DNA from: an uncultured Eubacteriales bacterium
Lineage (GTDB): Bacteria > Bacillota > Clostridia > TANB77 > CAG-508
DNA: 64,000 nt
Assembly (NCBI GenBank): GCA_949288185.1
Contig: CASEIZ010000050.1
Coordinates: 35,020-99,019 of the forward strand
Direction: 5' to 3'
This document shows, in pieces, positions 29,227-38,386 of the stretch; the first letter of the stretch is position 1, and every line of letters begins with the position of its first letter. The notes beneath the pieces were generated by a model. It did not search any database. It was not told the DNA's origin and saw only the letters and a list, made by a program, of their open reading frames with translations. A program made the translations under genes and the position numbers.

Positions 29227-30897
29227 ATGCCAAAAAGAAAATTAAAATTAGAAGAAGCAAAAGAAGAATTAGGTTTTGATAAAATGTTTTACAATGGATA
29301 TAATAAGTTTAATATTGTACATTCGGGTAAATATCGTTCTGGTATTACACTTGAAATACCACAGGAATGGTATTTAAATAAGGATAAAAAACCAATAAAT
29401 CCTATTAATTACAGAGAAGTTAGAGAATTAACAGATGGAATGAATATAGATTTTGATGGGGAAGCAAGTGTACTCTTAGGTAAGTATCGTTTGAGTAAAA
29501 ACGGAAGGCCTGTATTTGAGATAACAGAACCCAAAGAAGCTAAAGATACAATGATTTTGGTTTCGTGGGGTGGAGCATTTAATAAAACACGTGGACAAAC
29601 GAGTTCTTATGCAAAAGAAACTGGTGCGAAATTTTTTACGAAAAGCTCTAGTAATGGTGGAGGCATGGGAGCTGATTATTGGATACTTCCAGTTGGATTT
29701 GTAAAAGATAGAGAAGAAAGAGATGTGACTGATATTTTAGAAAGGCTTCAAAAAGAAGATGACGAAAAAAATTCTGAAATAGATCAATACCTTGAAATAC
29801 AAGAAAAAGAGAGACAAGAATCAATAAAAAATAAAGATAGAATTGTAGAAATGGTAAAACCAATAGTTGAAGATATAAAAAAATATAATCTAGATTTTGA
29901 ATTTTTTGTAGGGGATGAAGAGTGCCAATATCATATAACAGGATATACTTATAAAAAAAGAAGATATAAGGATTCTTTAGTAGAAGAATTAACACAAATT
30001 TTACAAGAAGAGAAAGACAAGAAAGAAAAAAAGGATGAATTTATACCACAATATAGAGAACTAGAAGAACTTATAAAAGATACAGAACTATCTATAATTT
30101 ATATAGATAACGGAATACAGATAAAAGCCCCAAATAGTATATATAATTATAGAACATATCCATATAGTCAAGAAGGATTTAATACATGTGTAAAATATAT
30201 AAAGGATTATAAAGAAAAAATACGACAAGAACAAGAAAAAGCAAGACTTGAAATGGAAAAACTAAAACAAGAAAAAGAGTTAAAAGAAAAAAAGGCGGAT
30301 GCCAAAGAGAAGGGATATCCTACAATTTTTAAGTTCAAAAACAGAATTGGAGGAAAAACGGGCTTATCACATGCTTTTGTAATAGAGAAAGATGGAATGA
30401 TAAGAGAGCCTGATCATAATGAGTTAAGAAATTCAAATCATAGATATCATTATAATTGGAAAAATAATGCTGATGGAATACAAGAATATCAACAAATACT
30501 TCCAGGAGAAATTATAGTTTCATATACTAAAGAAGTAACAGCAACACCATATGTATTAAATGTAGAATGGGCTGATGGAAAAGCAAGTAAAGAACAATTA
30601 GAAAATATATGTGAAGCACTGGAAAGAACAGAATCATTTGCAGTAGATAGTGATGGAAATTATATAACTTCAATAAAAGAATGGGCACAAAAAGCTATAG
30701 AATTAAAATCAAGGGAATGTAGACAAAAATTGAATATAGAAGAAATAGAAGAAAATGATGAATTTTTAGATAATATTGTAGAAAGCGCAAGAAAAAAATT
30801 AGAGTTAAAAGGAAAATCTGCTGAAGCTACAGAATTAGCACAGAAATATGAAGAACAAACGCAACAAACAGAAGGTCCTAATATGGATGGTGATTAA
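29227..30897 (+). CDS. hypothetical protein (556 aa): two globular ends joined by an E/K coiled coil
   Basis: RBS AAGGGGG. No recognisable motifs. Confidence 0.7.
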   Translation: MPKRKLKLEEAKEELGFDKMFYNGYNKFNIVHSGKYRSGITLEIPQEWYLNKDKKPINPINYREVRELTDGMNIDFDGEASVLLGKYRLSKNGRPVFEITEPKEAKDTMILVSWGGAFNKTRGQTSSYAKETGAKFFTKSSSNGGGMGADYWILPVGFVKDREERDVTDILERLQKEDDEKNSEIDQYLEIQEKERQESIKNKDRIVEMVKPIVEDIKKYNLDFEFFVGDEECQYHITGYTYKKRRYKDSLVEELTQILQEEKDKKEKKDEFIPQYRELEELIKDTELSIIYIDNGIQIKAPNSIYNYRTYPYSQEGFNTCVKYIKDYKEKIRQEQEKARLEMEKLKQEKELKEKKADAKEKGYPTIFKFKNRIGGKTGLSHAFVIEKDGMIREPDHNELRNSNHRYHYNWKNNADGIQEYQQILPGEIIVSYTKEVTATPYVLNVEWADGKASKEQLENICEALERTESFAVDSDGNYITSIKEWAQKAIELKSRECRQKLNIEEIEENDEFLDNIVESARKKLELKGKSAEATELAQKYEEQTQQTEGPNMDGD

Positions 30898-30899
30898 AT

Positions 30900-31196
30900 A
30901 TGGAGATTAGCATGGTAGAGATAGAAAATAATCAAAAAGAGAAACATGATAATTTTTTAAAAATGCTTAAAGTTGAAGAAGATCAAGAACTGAAACAATT
31001 GATTAAAATTCAAGAAGAATTAGAAAGAATAGGAATTAATAAAAAAAATGTCCAAGAATTGACGAAAAGTTTATCTGAAGAGCAAAAACAAAGACTTGAA
31101 AAGTTATATAAAGAGCAAATAAAAAAACTTGAAGAAGATATAACAAACAAAAAAAATAAAATAATTGAAATAAGAAAAAAAATAGTAAAAAATTAA
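30900..31196 (+). CDS. hypothetical small coiled-coil protein (98 aa)
   Basis: The start lies 2 nt after the upstream stop, with RBS GGATGGTGA. The sequence is heptad-like and E/K/L-rich. Confidence 0.6.
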   Translation: MEISMVEIENNQKEKHDNFLKMLKVEEDQELKQLIKIQEELERIGINKKNVQELTKSLSEEQKQRLEKLYKEQIKKLEEDITNKKNKIIEIRKKIVKN

Positions 31197-31277
31197 GTGG
31201 AAAGAGAATGAAATTATATAAAAAATCTTAAAATAAAGTTACTAAATAAGCAAATCATAAAAAGGAGAGGATTAAAT

Positions 31278-32711
31278 ATGGAAAGTAAAAAATTAAAAGG
31301 ATACCAAGGATTGTTTTTAGATGAAAAAACACAGGAAAAATTAGTTGAATTGCAAAAAAATGGACTTAGTGATATAACAAAAGATATGCATATCACTTTT
31401 AAATTTGGAGAAACAGAACAATATCCAGAAGAATTAATTGGAAAAGAATTTAATGTTAAAATTATTGGATATGCTTCTGATGGAAAAAATAGTGGATTTC
31501 AAGTGGAACTACCAGAAGAATTAAAACCATATTATAAAAATCAAAATGGACCACATATAACAGTTTCATTAGGTGAAGTGGATGGAATAAAAGGTAAAGC
31601 AGTGGATACAGGCACTTTAAATTTTGAACCAATTGAAGAACCATTTGAAATATCAAGTAAGCTAGGATATTTTGTATATGGTAAAGGAAAGGTTATGGAC
31701 AATAGTATTTTTGATAAGATGAAAGAAGAACAGTCAAAAGCAAAAGCTGAAGAATATATAAAAATCGTAAAAGAAAAATTAGAAGAAACCAAAACAGTAG
31801 TAACACATTTTGGAGATGACTTAGATAATAAATCAGCAATATATGCAATAGAAAAATGGGCTAAAGAACAAGGAATATTAAAGGAAGATGAAAGCTTGCA
31901 AGTAGATAGAGTGCCAGCAGGAAAGATAAAAGAAGGAATGTTAAATGTGGATACAGGAGGACACAAAGGAAGTAGACAAGAAGATGGAACAATCGTAATA
32001 GATGGAGATCCAGCAAATGGAGTAAAATCAGCATCAGAAGAATTAAATAACTTAGGATTTTATGTACCAGAACAAATCGTAGAATTAGCAGATACAGTAC
32101 CAAATAAAGTAAGTGCATTAGATAGTAGAAGTGGACTAGCTCTAATTAGATACTTATCAGGAGAGCAAGCATTTAAATTGGCAGAAGCAAGATTGTTAGA
32201 TAAATCTCTAACAGATGAACAAATAAGAGAATTTGGATTAGAAGAAGCACATGAAAAACAACAAGGCATTATTGATAATGCAGTAGAAAAAATCGAAAAA
32301 TACACAAAAGAGTTACCAAACGGAAAAAAAATTGTATTAGCACCAGAACAAATCATTGCAGGATCTATGATAGCATATGAAAAAGGAATACCATATTATG
32401 CATCAGCATCTAATCATTTAGATAAAGACAAAAATGTAGATGGCGTAACATTTGCCATCACAAGCAAGCCAGGAACAAAACTACCAGAAGAAATATTAGA
32501 ATATGGAAAAGAGTTAGTAGAACAATATAGAATAGATGAAAATACATCAGGTGTATTTGTCAATCCAAATGGACAAATGGTGGTAGCAGGAGGATTTAAG
32601 AACCCAACATTTAAAATACCAAATGAAACCATAGAAGGTATGTTAAATAAAATTGAAGCGAAATTTATGGGAAAAGATTTAGAAAAAGAAGAAAATCAAG
32701 AAGAGTATTAA
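31278..32711 (+). CDS. fusion protein: 2H-phosphoesterase-like N-domain + degenerate DHH/DHHA1-like domain
   Basis: RBS AAAAGGAGAGG. There are two HxT motifs (MHITFKFG, PHITVSLG). These are followed by THFGDDLDNKSAIYAI (DHH motif I-like), LNVDTGGH (motif II-like), IVIDGDP in place of DHH, and VAGGFKNP in place of GGGH. Confidence 0.55.
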   Translation: MESKKLKGYQGLFLDEKTQEKLVELQKNGLSDITKDMHITFKFGETEQYPEELIGKEFNVKIIGYASDGKNSGFQVELPEELKPYYKNQNGPHITVSLGEVDGIKGKAVDTGTLNFEPIEEPFEISSKLGYFVYGKGKVMDNSIFDKMKEEQSKAKAEEYIKIVKEKLEETKTVVTHFGDDLDNKSAIYAIEKWAKEQGILKEDESLQVDRVPAGKIKEGMLNVDTGGHKGSRQEDGTIVIDGDPANGVKSASEELNNLGFYVPEQIVELADTVPNKVSALDSRSGLALIRYLSGEQAFKLAEARLLDKSLTDEQIREFGLEEAHEKQQGIIDNAVEKIEKYTKELPNGKKIVLAPEQIIAGSMIAYEKGIPYYASASNHLDKDKNVDGVTFAITSKPGTKLPEEILEYGKELVEQYRIDENTSGVFVNPNGQMVVAGGFKNPTFKIPNETIEGMLNKIEAKFMGKDLEKEENQEEY

Positions 32712-32804
32712 AAGAAATAAGAGAAAATTTTGTCTATTCTGTTAATATAGAATAGTAGGAAAAATTCTATAGATTGAAGAATTGAGAAGGGAAAGAGATT
32801 ACTT

Positions 32805-33599
32805 ATGAGAACAATTCAAACAAATGATATTTTAAAAAATAAATATAGTATAGTAAATAACGAAGTGGTAGAAACAGAAAACGGAGAATATTATAATCAG
32901 CAGATAGCAAAACAAATCATGATAAGTGAACAACAAAACAAGATAGATTCTGCAAAACAATTAAAAGAAATGGATAAAAAACAAAAACAAAATGCTGTAA
33001 AAAAAATTTGTATAGATAAATATAGTGAAGCAAAATCAGAAAATACAGATATTAATATTTGGGAAAAAGAACCCCAAAAAGAGTATGAAATATATAGATT
33101 AAAGCTTGATACAGAAGAATTAATGTTAATCAATACAAAATATCTTCCAGATAGCAAAGAAAAAGAAGTGTATTATGACAAAAATATTGCTATGAAAATT
33201 TATGATAATATGTTTCAGTTAGATCAAAATATAGAAAATAGTTTTCCGGAATTAATGGAAATGTGTCAAGGAGAAATTGCTGAAATACAAGAAACAATTC
33301 ATAAATTAAAAAAAGAAGATGAAGAGAAGTACAAGGAAGCAGTAAATACTTATCGTACTATATATGATTCAGGAATTTTAGAAACGATGAAAAATAATTT
33401 TAAGCAAATAAAAACAGAAAAGGATAATTTGAAACAGCAATTAGAAAAATCAAATCACATTATTCAAGACCTATCTAAAAAATTGCAAGTGGCATTGAAT
33501 AAAGTTGAAGAATTGCAAAATCAAAAATTTGGATTTTGGAGTCGTATTTTTAGTAGATTAAAAACCAAAAGGTTGAATGAGAAAAATAATAATTATTAG
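32805..33599 (+). CDS. hypothetical coiled-coil protein with C-terminal amphipathic helix
   Basis: Long E/K/Q coiled-coil stretches with the terminal segment KFGFWSRIFSRLKTKRL. Confidence 0.6.
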   Translation: MRTIQTNDILKNKYSIVNNEVVETENGEYYNQQIAKQIMISEQQNKIDSAKQLKEMDKKQKQNAVKKICIDKYSEAKSENTDINIWEKEPQKEYEIYRLKLDTEELMLINTKYLPDSKEKEVYYDKNIAMKIYDNMFQLDQNIENSFPELMEMCQGEIAEIQETIHKLKKEDEEKYKEAVNTYRTIYDSGILETMKNNFKQIKTEKDNLKQQLEKSNHIIQDLSKKLQVALNKVEELQNQKFGFWSRIFSRLKTKRLNEKNNNY

Positions 33600-33687
33600 A
33601 ATTTGTGGTAAAGATAGTATTCTCATTCAGTAATAGAAAATATAATTCAGATAATTTAATAAAACATATGAACAAAGGCATAAAAAC

Positions 33688-33722
33688 AAACACCTCTAAT
33701 ACATATTATTAGAGGTGTTTTT
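33688..33722 (+). terminator. terminator-like hairpin whose 3' arm contains the SD of the downstream PBP gene
   Basis: CACCTCTAAT (33691-33700) pairs with ATTAGAGGTG (33708-33717). T5 (33718-33722) directly abuts the ATG at 33723. Confidence 0.65.
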
Positions 33723-35714
33723 ATGAATGAAATCAAATTATCAGGCAAGAAAAAAATGAAAAATATTTTATTTATATCTTTTTTAATCATCATATGTTTA
33801 ATTGTAAGACTAGGATATATACAATTAATACAAGGAAAGGAATTAGCAAAATTAGCCTATGAACAACAAACATTAGACAGAAAGATTAATCCCAAAAGAG
33901 GAACCATTTATGATGCTACAGGAAAAAATATATTAGCCGTTAGTAGTACAGTAGAAACAGTTACAGTTAATCCGAGCAATATTTCAGCTGAAAACAAAGA
34001 AAAAGTTGCCAAAGCTTTGTCAGATATATTTGAACTGGATTATGAAACCGTATTAAAAAAAGTAAAGAAAAGAAGTTCTATTGAAACCATTGTGAAAAAA
34101 GTCGAAAAGGAAAAAACAGATGAATTAAGAAAATGGATAGAAGAAAATAATATGACAAGTGGAATTAATATTGATGAAGATACAAAAAGATATTATCCAT
34201 ATAACAATTTTGCATCACAAATTATAGGATTTTGTGGAAGTGATAATCAAGGATTAGATGGAATAGAAGCAAAATATGAAGAAGAACTAAAAGGAGAGCA
34301 AGGAGCAATTCAAAAACATACAGATGCCAAAGGAGGAGAGATTGGAGAAGAAGGAGAAAATTACGTGCCTGCTATAGATGGAAATGATTTAGTATTAACA
34401 ATTGATTTAACCATTCAATCCATAGTGGAAAAATATTTAGAAGAAGCTTGTATTGACAATGTTTGTACAGATGGTGGAAGTGTTATTGTCATGAATCCAC
34501 AAAATGGAGATATTTTAGCTATGGCCAATTATCCAAGCTATAACTTAAATGAGCCATATGAACCATATACAGAAGAATTAAAAACAACATGGGATTCTCT
34601 AGAACAAGCAGAAAAAACGACGTATTTACAAGCGGTTTGGAGAAATAAAGCCATTGCAGACACCTATGAACCAGGTTCTGTATTTAAGTTAATTACAGCT
34701 TCTGCTGCATTGGAAGAAGGCATCACAGACACAGATAATGAAGGAGAATTTTCTTGTACAGGTGGAATTGAAGTAGCAGGTGTTAGAATAAAATGTTGGA
34801 GATATTATAGACCACATGGTTCAGAGAGTTTAAGGCAAGGATTAATGAATTCATGTAATCCAGTTTTTATTGGATTAGGACAAAAAATAGGAGTAACAAA
34901 ATATTATGAATATTTGGAAAAATTTAAGTTATTACAAACAACAGGAATTGATTTACCAGGAGAAGCTGGAAGTATATTTTTAGCTAAAGAAAAAGCAGGA
35001 CCAGTCGAATTAGCAACTATCAGTTTTGGTCAAAGATTTGAAATTACGCCAATTCAATTAGCAACAGCAGTATCTAGCATTGCTAATGGAGGAACCAGTA
35101 TAAAACCAAGAGTGGTAAAACAAATCATTGATAGTGAAACAAAAGAAGTAACAGACATTCCAGTAGAAAAGGGAGATATGGTTATTTCAAAAGAAACCTC
35201 TGAAAAAGTATTAAGTATGATGGAAAGTGTTGTATCAGAAGGTACTGGCAAAAATGCAAAAGTGGCAGGATATAGAATTGGAGGAAAAACAGGAACCTCA
35301 GAAGATGGTGTTAATACAAATAAATATGTAACATCTTTTTGTGGAGTCGCACCAATTGATAATCCACAAGTAGTGGTATTGGTTACTTTATATAATCCAA
35401 CAGGTGAAGGGGGACACCAAGGAGGAGGGGTGGCAGCACCAGTGGGCGGACAGATATTTAGTGAAATATTACCATATTTGGAAGTAAATAAAGAAATATT
35501 AGAAGAAGATGAGGAAGAAATCATTAATCAAATACAGGTACCAGATATTATGGGGAAAACATTAGAAGAAGCAAAGCAGATTTTAAAAGAGAATAATTTA
35601 GAAATGTATTTAGAAAATGAAGAAGTTGATATGGAAAATACTTATGTAAAAAATCAAATTCCAAGTAGTGGGATAACCGTTAATGAACAAAGTAAAGTGG
35701 TGATAGAATATTAA
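33723..35714 (+). CDS. class B penicillin-binding protein (FtsI/PBP2B/SpoVD family), one PASTA domain
   Basis: N-terminal TM helix, the SVFK, SCN and KTGTS motifs, and C-terminal PASTA (IQVPDIMGKTLEEAKQIL...). Confidence 0.9.
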   Translation: MNEIKLSGKKKMKNILFISFLIIICLIVRLGYIQLIQGKELAKLAYEQQTLDRKINPKRGTIYDATGKNILAVSSTVETVTVNPSNISAENKEKVAKALSDIFELDYETVLKKVKKRSSIETIVKKVEKEKTDELRKWIEENNMTSGINIDEDTKRYYPYNNFASQIIGFCGSDNQGLDGIEAKYEEELKGEQGAIQKHTDAKGGEIGEEGENYVPAIDGNDLVLTIDLTIQSIVEKYLEEACIDNVCTDGGSVIVMNPQNGDILAMANYPSYNLNEPYEPYTEELKTTWDSLEQAEKTTYLQAVWRNKAIADTYEPGSVFKLITASAALEEGITDTDNEGEFSCTGGIEVAGVRIKCWRYYRPHGSESLRQGLMNSCNPVFIGLGQKIGVTKYYEYLEKFKLLQTTGIDLPGEAGSIFLAKEKAGPVELATISFGQRFEITPIQLATAVSSIANGGTSIKPRVVKQIIDSETKEVTDIPVEKGDMVISKETSEKVLSMMESVVSEGTGKNAKVAGYRIGGKTGTSEDGVNTNKYVTSFCGVAPIDNPQVVVLVTLYNPTGEGGHQGGGVAAPVGGQIFSEILPYLEVNKEILEEDEEEIINQIQVPDIMGKTLEEAKQILKENNLEMYLENEEVDMENTYVKNQIPSSGITVNEQSKVVIEY

Positions 35715-35824
35715 AAAAGTCATAAAAACTCTATACAAAAAATAATTTTCGTTATATAATATGAGAGATTAAATGGAATAATTTGCATATAATTAAGTAT
35801 TCATAATCGAAAGGATTGAAAAAA

Positions 35825-37321
35825 ATGGAATTAAAACAAATATTAGTAGGTTTAGAGAATTTAAAAGTAAAAGGAAATTTAGATATTGAGATATCTGGAA
35901 TTGAAAGCAATTCAAAAAATGTAAAACAAGGATATTTATTTGTAGCAATACAAGGTTTTTCAACAGATGGTCATCAATATGTGGAAAATGCCATAGAAAA
36001 TGGTGCAGTAGCTATCATGATACAAGAAGGATGTAATCTAAAAGGAGTAAACATACCAGATAATGTAACAGTTGTCATGGCAAAAGATACAAGAGAAGGA
36101 TTAGCCATTGTATCAGATAATTTTTATGATCACCCATCAAGAAGATTTAAATTAATCGGTGTTACAGGAACAAAAGGAAAAACAACAACAACCTTTATGA
36201 TAAAAGAAATATTTGAAAAAGCCGGAAAAAAAGTAGGATTAATTGGAACCATTGCAACATATATCAATGGGAAGAAATTAAAAGATAGTGATAGAACAAC
36301 ACCAGAAAGTTTAGAATTGCAACAAACTTTTGATGAAATGGTAAAACAAGGTGTTGAAGTTGTGGTTATGGAAGTTTCATCACAAAGTTTAAAATTAAAC
36401 AGAGTAGAAGGGTGTGATTTTGATATTGTTGTATTCACAAACTTCTCAGAAGACCATATCAGTCCAAAAGAGCACCCAGATATGGAGGACTATTTTAACT
36501 CAAAATTAAAATTATTTAAAATGTGTAAAACAGGAATTACAAATGCTGATGATTTACACGGAGCAAAAATACCAAGATTATTCCCAGATAGTAATATTAC
36601 AACATATGGTATTGATAATTATGCAAATCTTTTGGCAAAAGATATCACGATTACAAATTCTTATGTAGATTTTAAAGTAAAATTAAAAGATAGAAATGAA
36701 AGAGTAAAAACAGGAATACCTGGAAGGTTTAGTGTATATAATTCATTAGCGGCTATTTGTGTTGCACAAAAATTTGGAATTGCTCCTGAAAAGATAAAAG
36801 AGGCTTTAGAAGAGGTGAGAGTACCAGGAAGATCTGAATTAGTAGATAATAAAAGAGAAATACCAATTATGATAGATTATGCACATTCACCAGAAAGCCT
36901 AGAAAACATATTACAAGCAACCAAAAGTTATACAAGAGGAAAAGTCATATCTGTATTTGGTTGTGGTGGAGATAGAGATGCTGGTAAAAGACCAATTATG
37001 GGAGAAATATCAGGAAGAATTGCAGATTTTACAATTATTACATCTGATAATCCAAGAACAGAAGACCCTGAGAAGATAGTAGAACAAATAGAAGAAGGTA
37101 TGAAAAAAACAAATGGAAAATATGAAGTGATTGTGGATAGAACAGAAGCTATCAAAGAAGCAATCAAAATGGCAACAAAGCGAGACATTGTTATTTTAGC
37201 AGGAAAAGGACATGAACCATATCAAGAAATTAACGGAAAAAAATATCCATTTGATGAGAGAGTGATTGTTAGAGACATTATAGATGAATTAGAAAATGAA
37301 ACAAAGAATAAGAAAAAATAA
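35825..37321 (+). CDS. murE: UDP-N-acetylmuramoyl-L-alanyl-D-glutamate--2,6-diaminopimelate ligase
   Basis: GVTGTKGKTTT P-loop and DNPR motif (TSDNPRTEDP) consistent with the meso-DAP type. The ATG at 35825 is preferred over the TTG at 35816. Confidence 0.85.
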   Translation: MELKQILVGLENLKVKGNLDIEISGIESNSKNVKQGYLFVAIQGFSTDGHQYVENAIENGAVAIMIQEGCNLKGVNIPDNVTVVMAKDTREGLAIVSDNFYDHPSRRFKLIGVTGTKGKTTTTFMIKEIFEKAGKKVGLIGTIATYINGKKLKDSDRTTPESLELQQTFDEMVKQGVEVVVMEVSSQSLKLNRVEGCDFDIVVFTNFSEDHISPKEHPDMEDYFNSKLKLFKMCKTGITNADDLHGAKIPRLFPDSNITTYGIDNYANLLAKDITITNSYVDFKVKLKDRNERVKTGIPGRFSVYNSLAAICVAQKFGIAPEKIKEALEEVRVPGRSELVDNKREIPIMIDYAHSPESLENILQATKSYTRGKVISVFGCGGDRDAGKRPIMGEISGRIADFTIITSDNPRTEDPEKIVEQIEEGMKKTNGKYEVIVDRTEAIKEAIKMATKRDIVILAGKGHEPYQEINGKKYPFDERVIVRDIIDELENETKNKKK

Positions 37322-37344
37322 AACAAAAGAAAGGTTGGATTAAA

Positions 37345-38325
37345 TTGATATTCGAGGCAAAAGTATTGATAATCGCATTTATTATATCGATTATCATGGG
37401 ATTTATCATTATACCAATATTGAAAAAAAGAAAAGTAGGTCAAATAGAAAGAGATGATGGACCACAATCTCATTTAAAAAAACAAGGAACCCCAACAATG
37501 GGTGGAATTATTATTATTATTACCATGACTTTGGTGGTAATAGGAACATATATATATTTATCAATGAATGGAGAAACAGATTTAGCGCATAAATTGTTAC
37601 CAATATTGTTATTAACGATTGGATTCGGATTAATTGGATTTATAGATGATTTTAAAAAATTAGTATTAAAAAATACAGAAGGTTTAAAACCAAGTTATAA
37701 AATGATAGGATTACTGATTATTTCAGTAGCATATGTCGTTTATTTAGTATATGGATTGAATATTGAAACACAAACATATATACCAATTATAAAAACATAT
37801 ATAGATATGCCAACTTTTATTTATATACCATTTGCGATTCTTGTTATATTAGGAGCAACCAATGCAGTCAATTTGACAGATGGAATTGATGGCTTATCAT
37901 CTAGTGTATGCGCGATTATTATTACTTGTTTAGCGATTATTGGAATTAGATTACAAGTATATGAAGTATCTATATTTGCAAGTATTGTAATAGGTGCAGT
38001 ACTAGGATTTTTAATGTTTAATATTCATCCAGCTAAGGTATTTATGGGAGACACAGGGTCTCTTATGCTAGGAGGCGTTATATCAGGATTAGCATTATAC
38101 CTAGAAATGCCATTATCATTACTAGTTATTGCATTAATACCAGTAATAGAAACGATATCTGTTATGATACAAGTGGTATATTTTAAAAAGACAGGAAAAC
38201 GATTTTTCAAAATGGCACCATTACATCACCATTTTGAACTATCAGGTTGGAAGGAAAACAAAGTAGTTGTTGTATTTAGTGTAGCAACATTATTATTATG
38301 TATTATTGGACTAAAGATAATATAA
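37345..38325 (+). CDS. mraY: phospho-N-acetylmuramoyl-pentapeptide transferase
   Basis: TTG start, 10 TM helices, and motifs KKQGTPTMGG, NAVNLTDGIDGL, MGDTGSL and APLHHHFE. Confidence 0.9.
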   Translation: MIFEAKVLIIAFIISIIMGFIIIPILKKRKVGQIERDDGPQSHLKKQGTPTMGGIIIIITMTLVVIGTYIYLSMNGETDLAHKLLPILLLTIGFGLIGFIDDFKKLVLKNTEGLKPSYKMIGLLIISVAYVVYLVYGLNIETQTYIPIIKTYIDMPTFIYIPFAILVILGATNAVNLTDGIDGLSSSVCAIIITCLAIIGIRLQVYEVSIFASIVIGAVLGFLMFNIHPAKVFMGDTGSLMLGGVISGLALYLEMPLSLLVIALIPVIETISVMIQVVYFKKTGKRFFKMAPLHHHFELSGWKENKVVVVFSVATLLLCIIGLKII

Positions 38326-38327
38326 GA

Positions 38328-38356
38328 AAAGCATGCATCACGAAATCGAAGATTTC
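38328..38356 (+). repeat. short intergenic repeat module AAAGCATGCATCACGAAATCGAAGATTTC
   Basis: 28 of 29 nt are identical to the reverse complement of 48909-48937. Confidence 0.8.
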
Positions 38357-38386
38357 TAATCATGTGGCTTTTTTCTTGAGAAAGGA

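Noticed and set aside
35054-35524. Long antisense ORFs within conserved genes: 35054..35524 (-), 11469..11861 (-), 31541..31966 (-), 26737..27153 (-), 39792..40178 (-), 47512..47895 (+) and 54111..54497 (+).
   Set aside because: Each lies opposite a strongly supported gene, has Ser/Pro/Phe-rich low-information sequence and lacks translation signals.
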